From: Candidatus Uhrbacteria bacterium
GTDB taxonomy: Bacteria; Patescibacteriota; Patescibacteriia; UBA9934
Assembly (NCBI GenBank): GCA_903827265.1
Contig: CAIKHN010000004.1
Coordinates: 40,067 to 104,066, forward strand
Direction of reading: 5' to 3'
DNA: 64,000 nt
Below are positions 37,492 to 47,960 of this stretch, one piece after another. The position numbers and the translations under genes were made by a program. Under the pieces are notes generated by a model. It worked only from the letters and a program-made list of their open reading frames with translations, ran no database searches and was not told the origin of the DNA. Numbering within the stretch: position 1 is the first letter of the stretch; every line of letters begins with the position of its first letter.

Positions 37492-38712
37492 TTACGCTTT
37501 CGCCTTTTTAACAATCTCCTTCAAATTACTCACAAGCGCTTCAATATCACGTTCGTCGGTGTATATCGCCAAACTTGCACGCAGTGTTCCCGTCGTCGAA
37601 AGCTTCTCGACAAGTGGTGCTGCGCAATGATTGCCGGCGCGAACGCAAACACCGCGAGCACCGAGCATGTCGGCAACATCATGCGGATGCATACCGTCAA
37701 TAGTGAAGGAGACGATTCCGATCGCGCCCGGAGGATCGAAAACTGTAACGCCTGAGATCGATTGAAGATCGGAGACCAGCCGTTGGCGTAAGACCTCCCC
37801 CCGACCCCCTCCTTCGTAAGGAGGGGGAGCTATCAAACTAAGTGCTGCGGCGAAACCGATTGCGGCTTCGACGTTTGGGGAGCCGCCTTCAAATTTTTCG
37901 ATTCCTTGTCGCCACGTTGCACCGTCGGTCGTGACGTGATCGACCATTCCCCCACCAACAATCATCGGCTCCATGGAATCGATGAGGTCGAGCGAAAGAA
38001 TCATCGCTGCGATTCCTGCCGGGCCGTAGCACTTGTGCGATCCAAAAACGAGTGCATCAACCCCAAGATCGACGACGTCAATCGGGAGATGCGCGGCAGC
38101 CTGTGCAGCATCGACAACAATGAGAGCACCGACACGATGTGCAGCATCGGCGAGATCGGCAATCGGCAAAACCGTTCCGAGAACGTTCGACACCATCGTG
38201 ACAGCGACAATCTTTGTTCGCTCATTCATCATCGCTTTTGCGCGATCGAGGTTTAGCGTAAAATCCGCCAACATTGGCATCGTTTTCACAATCGCGCCGC
38301 GCTCTTTCGCGATGCGTCGCCACGGTAAAAGATTCGCATGGTGTTCGAATGCAGAAACAAGAATCTCGTCGCCAGCCTGCAACCGTTCGCGCAGTCCAAA
38401 TGCAATCGCGTTCAAACCCTCTGTCACACTTTTAGTAAACACACATCGTCCAGCATCAACTCCAACGAAATTCGCAACCGTCGACCGTGCGGCGTCGTAC
38501 TTTTTCATCGTCTCCTCCGCAATTGGATACAATCCGCGACCGACGTTCGACCGTCCACCGGTAATATACGCATTCATCGCATCGATTGCGGACTGACACA
38601 TCTGTGTTGTTGCCGCGTTATCCAAATACGCCACGTCTCGCCGAAGACCTTGGAATTGAGCGCGAAGGTCAAAGTCCGACTTTGACTGACTATTTTTTAA
38701 AAAAGTTTTCAT
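37492..38712 (-). CDS. sufS: cysteine desulfurase SufS
   Basis: class II aminotransferase-V, PLP Lys region (SHKCYGPAGI), active-site Cys loop (RAGNHCAAP); start at MKTFLK (ORF opens at 38784). Confidence 0.9.
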   Translation of the reverse strand: MKTFLKNSQSKSDFDLRAQFQGLRRDVAYLDNAATTQMCQSAIDAMNAYITGGRSNVGRGLYPIAEETMKKYDAARSTVANFVGVDAGRCVFTKSVTEGLNAIAFGLRERLQAGDEILVSAFEHHANLLPWRRIAKERGAIVKTMPMLADFTLNLDRAKAMMNERTKIVAVTMVSNVLGTVLPIADLADAAHRVGALIVVDAAQAAAHLPIDVVDLGVDALVFGSHKCYGPAGIAAMILSLDLIDSMEPMIVGGGMVDHVTTDGATWRQGIEKFEGGSPNVEAAIGFAAALSLIAPPPYEGGGRGEVLRQRLVSDLQSISGVTVFDPPGAIGIVSFTIDGMHPHDVADMLGARGVCVRAGNHCAAPLVEKLSTTGTLRASLAIYTDERDIEALVSNLKEIVKKAKA

Positions 38713-38719
38713 AATTGAA

Positions 38720-39400
38720 TTATCGACGTTCAACGTCGAACGTTGTCTCAGCCGATCCCGCCGGGCATAGCAGTCCGTCCGCAATCATCGACATCGCGCT
38801 CTCTCGATCAATTCCCCGTGAGGCGCAGTATGCCAATGCCGAAGCACTTGGTCGAGCAATACTCACTGCATGTTTCGCGTTCACCATGTTCGTCGCAATG
38901 TCGAGTTCAGGAATCGCGCGAATACTTGCCGATTCACCAAGAAGCATCCCACGAATTGTCGTTGCAATGCTTCCGCTGTTTACCGATTGACGAACAGTAA
39001 CTCGTTCGCGAACGACGGCACGAGACGAACCATGTGCAACAATACGGTTATCAATAACGCATCGAGAATCGTCTGCTGCAATATTCACATCGTCGGAAAT
39101 ATGGCATCGCACGTTTCCCTGTGATCGAATTGACGACAAAAGCTCGACAGATGCAGAGTCGCCGATCACTGACACCGCACGATCGATGACGCAATCGGAT
39201 TCGAGGTCACCGACAATGAAAATCGAAAGCGATGCGTTGTCATGAACACGCGCAACGATTGAGATCGAGGAACGCGACTCGAGATCGATACGATGCGAAA
39301 CACTCGTTCCAGATAACACATCGATGACCAAAACAAAATCCGAAATCGCCGATGGAATGATCGATGATTCGGAAAGAGGTTTTGCGCGATCGAGAACCAT
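38720..39400 (-). CDS. sufD: Fe-S cluster assembly protein SufD (short form)
   Basis: beta-helix repeat pattern, position between sufB and sufS. Confidence 0.65.
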   Translation of the reverse strand: MVLDRAKPLSESSIIPSAISDFVLVIDVLSGTSVSHRIDLESRSSISIVARVHDNASLSIFIVGDLESDCVIDRAVSVIGDSASVELLSSIRSQGNVRCHISDDVNIAADDSRCVIDNRIVAHGSSRAVVRERVTVRQSVNSGSIATTIRGMLLGESASIRAIPELDIATNMVNAKHAVSIARPSASALAYCASRGIDRESAMSMIADGLLCPAGSAETTFDVERR

Positions 39401-39410
39401 ACTTTTCTGC

Positions 39411-39493
39411 TAAAGCTTAGCTTTGACATTCCTGAAATGGACGAATGTGCCTTATATTCTTCAGTTCTTGATGTTAAAGCTTAGCTTTGTCAT
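39411..39493 (-). repeat. two copies of 19-nt motif TAAAGCTTAGCTTTG(A/T)CAT (internal 6-1-6 palindrome AAAGCT-T-AGCTTT) flanking a 45-nt spacer in sufB-sufD intergenic region
   Basis: copy 1 at 39411-39429 (11 nt upstream of sufD ATG), copy 2 at 39475-39493 overlapping sufB stop. Confidence 0.6.
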
Positions 39494-40872
39494 AGACTTC
39501 CCTCCATTTCTAATCCGACGAGCTCGAGAAATTCGACTGCATACTCGAGCGGCAGTTGTTGCACGATTGGGTCGAAAAATCCGTTCACAATTGCACGACG
39601 AGCCGCTTCAGGATTCAATCCACGGGTTGCAAGATATGCAAGCTGATCGTCGCCAAGTTTCCCTACCGTTGCCTCGTGCGTCACCAAGAAATCTGGCGCA
39701 GTATCGTCAATGATCGGAATCGTCATTGCGCGGGACTCACCGTCGAGCATCATCGTGTCGCACGTAATAGTCGCCGATGATCCAACTGCGCCTTTTGTTG
39801 CCTTCACTAAACCGCGATACGTCGAAACTCCCCCACCAACCGCAATACTTTTCGATCGCACATTCGCCGACGTTTCCGGCGCGACCAACGCAACCTTGTG
39901 CCCCGTATCCTGATTCTGCCCTGGGCCAGCAAATGCAACACCAAGGAAATCGCTTTTCGCTCGTGCACCGCGTAACACACTCATCGGATACAGCATCGTG
40001 ACGCCACTACCCATGTTTCCATTCACCCACACGATCGTTCCGTCGTCATCGACCAATGCACGTTTCGTATTGAGGTTAAATGTATTCTTGCTCCAATTCT
40101 CAATCGACGTGTAGCGAACCGTCGCGCCCTTCTTCACATGAATCTCAACACATCCCGCATGCAGCGCCGCAGAGTCATACTTCGGTGCCGAACAGCCTTC
40201 GATGTAATGGATCTCACTCCCTTCGTCGGCAATGATGAGTGTATGCTCAAATTGTCCTCCTCGCTCGGCATTCATACGGAAATACGCCTGCAGCGGAATT
40301 GTCACCTTCACACCTTTCGGGACATAAATGAATGTTCCACCACTCCACACCGCAGCATGAAGCGCCGCGAAGTAATGATCGTGAACCGGCACACAGCTCG
40401 TCATGAAATACTCACGAACGAGTTCTGGATGCTCATGAATCGCGACGTCCATGTTTAAAAAGACCACACCTTGATCTGCAAGATCCTTCTGCAAATTGTG
40501 ATAGACAATCTCCGAATCATACTGCGCACCCACACCAGCCAAACCGTTTCGCTCCGATTCTGGAATGCCAAGTTTCTCGAACGTCGACCGAATCTCTTCT
40601 GGCACGTCATTCCAGGTTCGATGCTCTTTTGAATCCGGCTGGACGAAATACGAAATCGATTCCAAATCGAGTCTGTCCAATGCTGGACCAAAGCTTGGCA
40701 TCGGCTTTTCGAAGAGAAAATCGAGAGCCTTCAATCGCTTCGTCGTCATCCACTCCGGCTCATTCTTTGACTCCGAAATACACAAAACAACCTCACGTGA
40801 AAGGCCAAGTGGTGCAGTATATTTTGGAGCATGCGAACTCGCAGTCTCGAGAGCCTCGCGCAGGGCATCCAT
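39490..40872 (-). CDS. sufB: Fe-S cluster assembly protein SufB
   Basis: 460 aa, strongly conserved SufB core (HTLIIADEGSEIHYIEGCSAP..., FAGPGQNQDTGHKV). Confidence 0.95.
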   Translation of the reverse strand: MDALREALETASSHAPKYTAPLGLSREVVLCISESKNEPEWMTTKRLKALDFLFEKPMPSFGPALDRLDLESISYFVQPDSKEHRTWNDVPEEIRSTFEKLGIPESERNGLAGVGAQYDSEIVYHNLQKDLADQGVVFLNMDVAIHEHPELVREYFMTSCVPVHDHYFAALHAAVWSGGTFIYVPKGVKVTIPLQAYFRMNAERGGQFEHTLIIADEGSEIHYIEGCSAPKYDSAALHAGCVEIHVKKGATVRYTSIENWSKNTFNLNTKRALVDDDGTIVWVNGNMGSGVTMLYPMSVLRGARAKSDFLGVAFAGPGQNQDTGHKVALVAPETSANVRSKSIAVGGGVSTYRGLVKATKGAVGSSATITCDTMMLDGESRAMTIPIIDDTAPDFLVTHEATVGKLGDDQLAYLATRGLNPEAARRAIVNGFFDPIVQQLPLEYAVEFLELVGLEMEGSL

Positions 40873-40915
40873 AGATCGCCACTGTACGAAAAAAAGGAAA
40901 GATAATCAACGAATG

Positions 40916-41035
40916 CTAGCTTGCGAGAACAATCGCGAGAAAACCCATAAGGAGCACCAGAAAAGCAAGCACAACACCAATCTCGAGAATGGTAATGCGT
41001 GGAATTTTCAGTTTTGTTGCGCGTCGCGCTGCCAT
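40916..41035 (-). CDS. 39-aa hydrophobic small protein (MAARRATKLKIPRITILEIGVVLAFLVLLMGFLAIVLAS)
   Basis: ATG 11 nt downstream of a 34-nt perfect palindrome; single predicted TM helix; lies directly upstream of sufB on the same strand. Confidence 0.35.
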   Translation of the reverse strand: MAARRATKLKIPRITILEIGVVLAFLVLLMGFLAIVLAS

Positions 41036-41046
41036 AGATTGTTCAA

Positions 41047-41080
41047 AGTATATCACGTCGTTCGCGAACGACGTGATATA
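41047..41080. promoter_or_regulatory. 34-nt perfect palindrome GTATATCACGTCGTTCGCGAACGACGTGATATAC
   Basis: verified base by base; 22-nt core CACGTCGTTCGCGAACGACGTG recurs at 26974-26995. Confidence 0.6.
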
Positions 41081-41082
41081 CA

Positions 41083-41703
41083 TCACCCGTGCCAGAATGT
41101 TTTTCGATGAATTGGTGATAGCCCGATTGAATGAATTGCAGCTTGATGCACCTTGGTTCCGTAGCCTTTGTGCGACGAGAAATCGTATCCCGGTAATTCG
41201 GCGTCAAACTTTTCCATAAGCGTATCGCGATACTCTTTTGCAATAATCGATGCTGCAGCAATCGAAAAGATACGGTTGTCACCGCCGATGATCGTCTCTT
41301 GCGCGATCGAGAGATTGGGAATGCGCTGATTACCGTCGACGAGAACAATTCCCGATCTCGCCAACCCCTCGACCGCAATTTTCATCGCCTTTAGCGTCGC
41401 CTGGAGGATATTGATCTCGTCGATTTCCTTCGCATCAATCTCGGCAACACCAACCGCGAGCGCGACATTTCGAATCGCTTCCGCGGTGGATCGGCGACGC
41501 TCACGAGATAGTGTTTTGCTATCACGAATCACGAATTCCTCTGCAAGTTTACGGATCTCATCCATCTTCGACCAATCAAACATCACCGCACCGGCAACAA
41601 CAGGGCCAGCAAGGCAACCGCGGCCGACCTCGTCGACACCAACACTGAATAGGCCTGATGTATTCCAAAGGTTGAGCTCATAATCAAAGGGAAGTGACTG
41701 CAT
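41083..41703 (-). CDS. rnhB: ribonuclease HII
   Basis: VGVDEVGRGCLAGPVVAGAV active-site DEDD region, 206 aa. Confidence 0.9.
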   Translation of the reverse strand: MQSLPFDYELNLWNTSGLFSVGVDEVGRGCLAGPVVAGAVMFDWSKMDEIRKLAEEFVIRDSKTLSRERRRSTAEAIRNVALAVGVAEIDAKEIDEINILQATLKAMKIAVEGLARSGIVLVDGNQRIPNLSIAQETIIGGDNRIFSIAAASIIAKEYRDTLMEKFDAELPGYDFSSHKGYGTKVHQAAIHSIGLSPIHRKTFWHG

Positions 41704-41745
41704 ATTAGAAATTTTATGAGATTCAACCCTAAGGATTGGGCAACG

Positions 41746-42324
41746 CTAAGGGTTGCCAACTTCACGGTATCGAAAGCAATCTTCTGTATGATCGTTGATC
41801 AACCCCGTCGCCTGAAGATGCGCATAGCACACCGTCGATCCGAGAAATGAAAATCCGCGCTTCTTTAAATCTTTTGCGAGCGCATCCGATATATTCGAGT
41901 GCGATGGCAAATCCTTTATCATCTTCCGTTTTCCATCGATAACTTCCTCATTCACGAATCCCCAAATGTACTTTTCAAATGTTCCAAACTCTTTCTGAAC
42001 CTTCAAAAACGCCTTCGCATTCTGTATCGTCGCTTTCACCTTTGCTCGATTGCGAATGATGCCGACATCAAGAAGTAACGATTCAATTTTCGCGTCATCA
42101 AACTTGGCGACACGCTCAGGATCGAACCCAGCGAACAATCGTCGATAGTTCTCACGCTTGTTCAATACCGTTTTCCAGCTTAATCCCGCCTGCGCACTTT
42201 CAAGAACAAGGAACTCGAACATCACCCGATCGTTGTGCACCGGCACTCCCCACTCTTCGTCGTGATATTTGGCATAAAGCTCATCACCAGCAGGAACCCA
42301 TGCGCAACGAATGCGGTCGGACAT
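41746..42324 (-). CDS. tag: DNA-3-methyladenine glycosylase I
   Basis: RCAWVPAGDELYAKYHDEEWGVP...ESAQAGLSW; ORF opens at 42342. Confidence 0.85.
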   Translation of the reverse strand: MSDRIRCAWVPAGDELYAKYHDEEWGVPVHNDRVMFEFLVLESAQAGLSWKTVLNKRENYRRLFAGFDPERVAKFDDAKIESLLLDVGIIRNRAKVKATIQNAKAFLKVQKEFGTFEKYIWGFVNEEVIDGKRKMIKDLPSHSNISDALAKDLKKRGFSFLGSTVCYAHLQATGLINDHTEDCFRYREVGNP

Positions 42325-42375
42325 ATACCAAGATTCTATCATTGAAACAAAAAAGAACCCTTACGGATTCTCTTT

Positions 42376-42451
42376 TGGTCGGGCCAGAGGGGCTCGAACC
42401 CTCGACCTCCTGGTCCCAAACCAGGCGCGCTACCAACTGCGCTATAGCCCG
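42376..42451 (-). tRNA. tRNA-Pro(TGG)
   Basis: C1-G72 acceptor CGGGCTA/TGGCCCG, anticodon loop TTTGGGA, T-loop TTCGAGC, encoded CCA. Confidence 0.85.
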
Positions 42452-42534
42452 ATGAAACAATCGAACGGTGGAAGGATACTGAAAAACAACCGAGATGTAA
42501 AGCGGTGAGGATAACAAAAACTCCGTCTTGCGAC

Positions 42535-42610
42535 GGAATTCTTGTGGTGCCTGGGGTCAGAATCGAACTGACGACACAGGGTTCTTCAGACCCTTGCTCT
42601 ACCACTGAGC
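42535..42610 (-). tRNA. tRNA-Phe(GAA)
   Basis: acceptor GCCTGGG/CCCAGGC, anticodon loop CTGAAGA, T-loop TTCGATT, encoded CCA. Confidence 0.85.
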
Positions 42611-42611
42611 T

Positions 42612-42688
<77 letters not shown>

Positions 42689-42773
42689 TACACACCCAAA
42701 ATGTAGTGGAAAAGCGGGGGTATTGTATGACGGACGAGCTCGAACCGTCAAGGAATGCGTAGATGCAGGGATT

Positions 42774-43421
42774 CTAGAATATTCCGTATCGCACGTCCCA
42801 GCCGGCCTGAAGGAGAGAGTTTAAAACAGGATTACGAATTTCGCTTGTTTTAAAGTGATAGTTATAAATAACTCCAGGCCGAAAACATTCGGTGATTCCC
42901 CAAGCTTTCCCTATCTCCACATCGAGACTGACCCCACGAAATGCGAAAAAACTGAACCGAAGAAAATCAAGGCCCTTGCCCCACAATATTGAACGCTTTA
43001 TATCCGTCAACGTTGCAAGATGTCTTTTCTCGTCAAAGGCGACCCGAAGCGTATACGACTCAGTAATGCCGTGTTTTGAAATGATTTCATACCATTTCGC
43101 ATCAAGATATTTCCATGTGATGCGTAAGACCCCCTTCTTTTCTGTAACCTGTACTGGAATATCTGGATGATCAATATCCTTTATCATCAACTTCACCTCT
43201 TCAAGAGTCTTTGGATTTGTAACGGAAGACTTCCAATAAAACGCCCACTTACCCATGACATCGAGCGCAAATGGAAAAGTCGCGAACATCGCAAGAAACA
43301 CAACGAGGAACTCTCCTTCTGAAGGATCGGGATGGTACTGAAGCCATACAACAAGACCGACCGCGAGGAGCCCCATGTACAAAAAAAGAAGTCCTACAGC
43401 TTTCAAAAAGCGTTCAAGCAT
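42774..43421 (-). CDS. hypothetical membrane protein located between 16S rRNA and tRNA-Ile
   Basis: 215 aa, two N-terminal TM helices then soluble domain; protein-like composition; same strand as rRNA. Confidence 0.55.
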   Translation of the reverse strand: MLERFLKAVGLLFLYMGLLAVGLVVWLQYHPDPSEGEFLVVFLAMFATFPFALDVMGKWAFYWKSSVTNPKTLEEVKLMIKDIDHPDIPVQVTEKKGVLRITWKYLDAKWYEIISKHGITESYTLRVAFDEKRHLATLTDIKRSILWGKGLDFLRFSFFAFRGVSLDVEIGKAWGITECFRPGVIYNYHFKTSEIRNPVLNSLLQAGWDVRYGIF

Positions 43422-43577
43422 AAAGAAAAATCATACATTGATTCTATCATGAAATACAAAAACGCCTCATCGGCGCTTGTATATACGAACAACCTTTACA
43501 CCAAATAATCGACAACTTTGTGATTACAACGTCCTACACTTCTTTCGAAATGCATCGACCAATCAAAGTTTCCTTTG

Positions 43578-45070
<1,493 letters not shown>

Positions 45071-45316
45071 AGTTATAATCCACACTCTTGCGAATGAGGT
45101 TCTGTTTAGTGACCGTTCTTTCGAACGGTATCAATTTGTGGACGTTGTAATCACGTAATTGTTCATTACATGATGCTTGGTTGTTGCTCTTCAGTTGTGA
45201 AGATACGACGCCCGCAAAGGCGTAAAAGCCAGTGCGAATGTGGCAGTAGAGTAATGGAACGCCAAAAGGCTGTCAAGGACGTCCAGCACAATAAAATGTG
45301 GATGGTTTTACGATGT

Positions 45317-46015
45317 TCACCGTTTCTTCGATTCCTCCGCCCGCCAAGCCGCAATTGCCTTATGATTTCCGCTCAAGAGAACCGACGGAACTGCCAAATC
45401 AACAACAGCGCTTTTTCCCACAGAATGCTTGTAAATCTCAGGCTTTGTGTATTGCGGATACTCCAAGAATCCCTCACGATCATGCGATTCCTCTGACAGC
45501 GTTTCCACATTTCCTAAAACGCCCGGAACCTGACGCGCAATAGCATCCGTCATCACCAACGCCGGCAATTCCCCACCAGTTAACACGAAGTCACCAATCG
45601 ACAACGCCTCGTCCGCAATCACTTCTTCAACACGATGATCGATCCCCTCGTACCTTCCACAAATAAAAATCAATTGATCATACGCCGCCAATCGTTTCGC
45701 ATCGGCTTGTGTAAATCGTTTCCCACTTGCAGACGTCACGATAACTCGCACTGTTGGTACCGCCTTGCGCAAAAACTTTTTTCGCAAACGAATCGCCTCC
45801 ACCGCGTTATCAATCGGCTGCACCGTCATCACCATTCCCGCTCCCCCACCATACGGCGTGTCATCAACCTTCCGATGCTTATCCTTCGAAAACTTTCGCA
45901 AATCATGCCCAGCGATCTTGATCAACTTTTCCTTCTGCGCCCTGCCTAAAATCGACGCATTCGCATACGGCGCAACGACTTCTGGAAAAATAGTAATGAT
46001 GTCGAAATGGATCAC
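45317..46015 (-). CDS. trmD: tRNA (guanine37-N1)-methyltransferase TrmD
   Basis: HFDIITIFPE start, SPOUT knot motifs (IFICGRYEGIDHRV); GTG start overlapping cupin stop as GTGA; ORF opens at 46045. Confidence 0.85.
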   Translation of the reverse strand: MIHFDIITIFPEVVAPYANASILGRAQKEKLIKIAGHDLRKFSKDKHRKVDDTPYGGGAGMVMTVQPIDNAVEAIRLRKKFLRKAVPTVRVIVTSASGKRFTQADAKRLAAYDQLIFICGRYEGIDHRVEEVIADEALSIGDFVLTGGELPALVMTDAIARQVPGVLGNVETLSEESHDREGFLEYPQYTKPEIYKHSVGKSAVVDLAVPSVLLSGNHKAIAAWRAEESKKR

Positions 46016-46284
46016 AAAGTTTTTTCGCCAAATATATACGTACACCCTTCATCCCCCATCCTTACGGTATGCGAAACGTGTGCAGGAATGTCGAATCGAT
46101 CGCCAGGACGATATTCTTTTTCCTCACCGTCGATTGTAATAAATATCGATCCTCCAACAATAATATGCGCGGTGTCGCCATCGTGCTCGTGGGCCGGATA
46201 AATCACACTTGGGCCGTCGTGCCACTCATCAATATCGGTGTAACCATCGGTCATTAATGCCGAACGCGCGTCGTCGATTGTCAT
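46012..46284 (-). CDS. cupin-domain protein
   Basis: 90 aa, two cupin motifs (HEHDGDTAHIIVGG; PGDRFDIPAHVSHTV). Confidence 0.7.
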   Translation of the reverse strand: MTIDDARSALMTDGYTDIDEWHDGPSVIYPAHEHDGDTAHIIVGGSIFITIDGEEKEYRPGDRFDIPAHVSHTVRMGDEGCTYIFGEKTL

Positions 46285-46338
46285 AAAATAAAACTACCGT
46301 GCCCAATTATGGTACCACGGTAATTCTTTGATGAACTC

Positions 46339-46689
46339 TTAAAATGTGAGGCTATCCACGGAATCTGCGTCTTCATCCTTTTGAATTTCTGCGACTGGCG
46401 CCATCGATCCAGTTTCGTCTCCAGCCGCTGCACGGCGGGTTGATGATGCCGGAGCGTCGATACGGAACGACACGCGCATGTTTGCTTTTGCACCGATGGT
46501 TGCGAGCAATGTGCGGATTGCGACCGCCGTCTTTCCGCTCTTTCCAATGACGTATCCCGTGTCCTCCGGACTGGTGTGAACGGTAATTAACACACCCTGC
46601 TCATCGACCTTACGATCTGAACGAACTTCCTCCGGCTTGTTTACCAGTGCCTTCACGATGAATTCCACGAACTGCTGATCGAACTCCAT
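46339..46689 (-). CDS. KH-domain RNA-binding protein (YlqC/UPF0109-like)
   Basis: GYVIGKSGKTAVAIRTLL KH motif; position between rpsP and trmD; ORF opens at 46743. Confidence 0.75.
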   Translation of the reverse strand: MEFDQQFVEFIVKALVNKPEEVRSDRKVDEQGVLITVHTSPEDTGYVIGKSGKTAVAIRTLLATIGAKANMRVSFRIDAPASSTRRAAAGDETGSMAPVAEIQKDEDADSVDSLTF

Positions 46690-46766
46690 AAAAACAGGAT
46701 TTACTTTTCGAATGCTCCAATAATACAAAAGACGCCGTCTCAATGAAACAGCGTCCTGTGTATGAC

Positions 46767-47087
46767 TTACGCGGTAGCCTTCGCTTTCTTGTCGGCAATG
46801 GTCTTTGCGCGAGCCTTTGTGATGGTGATCTTGTTCTCCTTCTTGCCCTTCATAAGGCCAAGGTCGATGAACAAGTTCTTCACGGTTGCTGATGGCTGCG
46901 CGCCAACGCTCAACCAGTATTCTGCGCGCTCCTTATTGACGACGGTGTCCTTGCGGTCTGCGCGTGGATCGAGGTTACCGATGATTTCGATTGCTGGTGA
47001 CCAAGGATCTTTGGTGCCATCCTGCACAACAATGCGGTAATAAGGCTGTTTGCGCTTTCCGGTACGTGAGAGACGGATGGTTGTCAT
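46767..47087 (-). CDS. rpsP: 30S ribosomal protein S16
   Basis: MTTIRLSRTGKRKQPYYRIVV start; ORF opens at 47189. Confidence 0.9.
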   Translation of the reverse strand: MTTIRLSRTGKRKQPYYRIVVQDGTKDPWSPAIEIIGNLDPRADRKDTVVNKERAEYWLSVGAQPSATVKNLFIDLGLMKGKKENKITITKARAKTIADKKAKATA

Positions 47088-47212
47088 AGGGAAATAAACG
47101 AATGATGCCAGCAGAATGCTCCCAGCCTCATAATTTGTCAAGACCTGTAGGGGCAGAAGTGATACTGCGTTTTTCGATTCTTGCAGCAAATTTTGTTATA
47201 CTTTTCTCATCT

Positions 47213-47359
47213 ATGACCATCGACGACGTACGAGCACTTGCAACAAAGGTTCGCGAGAAAACTGCGACTCCGGAAGAAGAAACGGCATTTTACAAAGCGC
47301 TCGATGTATTTATGCAAAAAACTGAGATTCTTCTTTCTCTGCATCAATCAGCCTCGTAA
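47213..47359 (+). CDS. small hypothetical protein (48 aa)
   Basis: TATACT 10 nt upstream of ATG; stop abuts next ORF start. Confidence 0.4.
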   Translation: MTIDDVRALATKVREKTATPEEETAFYKALDVFMQKTEILLSLHQSAS

Positions 47360-47360
47360 T

Positions 47361-47759
47361 ATGGAAAACATTGAAAAAGACTTACAAAAGACATCAGAAA
47401 GTCTAGATGTCGCATACGCCGTCGCTGCAAATCAGCGCGAGGCGATCAATAGCGCGTGGAGCGATTTTTCTGAGAGCATCGAGGCAAAAGAAGCTGGGCT
47501 CGCCAAACTCGAATCCGCACTGACCGAAACGCTTGCCACAATCGATCGCCTAAACGCAAAGCTTTCTGTTCTGCAGCGAGAGCGCGAGGCGACTTTGCAG
47601 CAAGAAGCCTCAATCGAAAACGCGCCAGAAATCGCAGATCTCCGAAGCATTCTCGAAGTATTCGTCGGCGAGAAGACGTCGTCATTCATGGAGCTCCTTG
47701 CTCGCGTCACCGGAACCTTAAAAAATCGATCCGTCGAACTCGCAAACGCGAAGGAATAA
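47361..47759 (+). CDS. hypothetical coiled-coil protein (132 aa)
   Basis: heptad-like pattern of Leu/Ala/Glu; ATG at 47361. Confidence 0.5.
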   Translation: MENIEKDLQKTSESLDVAYAVAANQREAINSAWSDFSESIEAKEAGLAKLESALTETLATIDRLNAKLSVLQREREATLQQEASIENAPEIADLRSILEVFVGEKTSSFMELLARVTGTLKNRSVELANAKE

Positions 47760-47783
47760 AATCCTCTGTTATACTCTCTTCAT

Positions 47784-47960
47784 ATGATCCCCGCTGGAAT
47801 AATCCTCTTGGTTCTCGGCCTCGGCCTCTTCATCGGTGCTGGCATCAAACTCGACGACTATCCTGGTATTGAGCGTAATCACATCGTCGTGATGCTCGCC
47901 GGCTTAACCTGCATCATCGTTGGTGGAATCCTGCTCTACGCGAAGGTGTTTGGAGGATAA
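47784..47960 (+). CDS. small membrane protein (58 aa, two TM helices)
   Basis: MIPAGIILLVLGLGLFIGAG...LAGLTCIIVGGILLYA; TATACT 8 nt upstream of ATG. Confidence 0.45.
   Translation: MIPAGIILLVLGLGLFIGAGIKLDDYPGIERNHIVVMLAGLTCIIVGGILLYAKVFGG

Noticed and set aside
42689-42773. tRNA-like fragment (GACGGTTCGAGCTCGTC) between the hypothetical ORF and tRNA-Ile
   Set aside because: It is only a T-arm-like hairpin with no acceptor or CCA. It is more simply the terminator/processing hairpin of the upstream ORF with a TACAAT -10 for the tRNA-Ile-Phe transcript.
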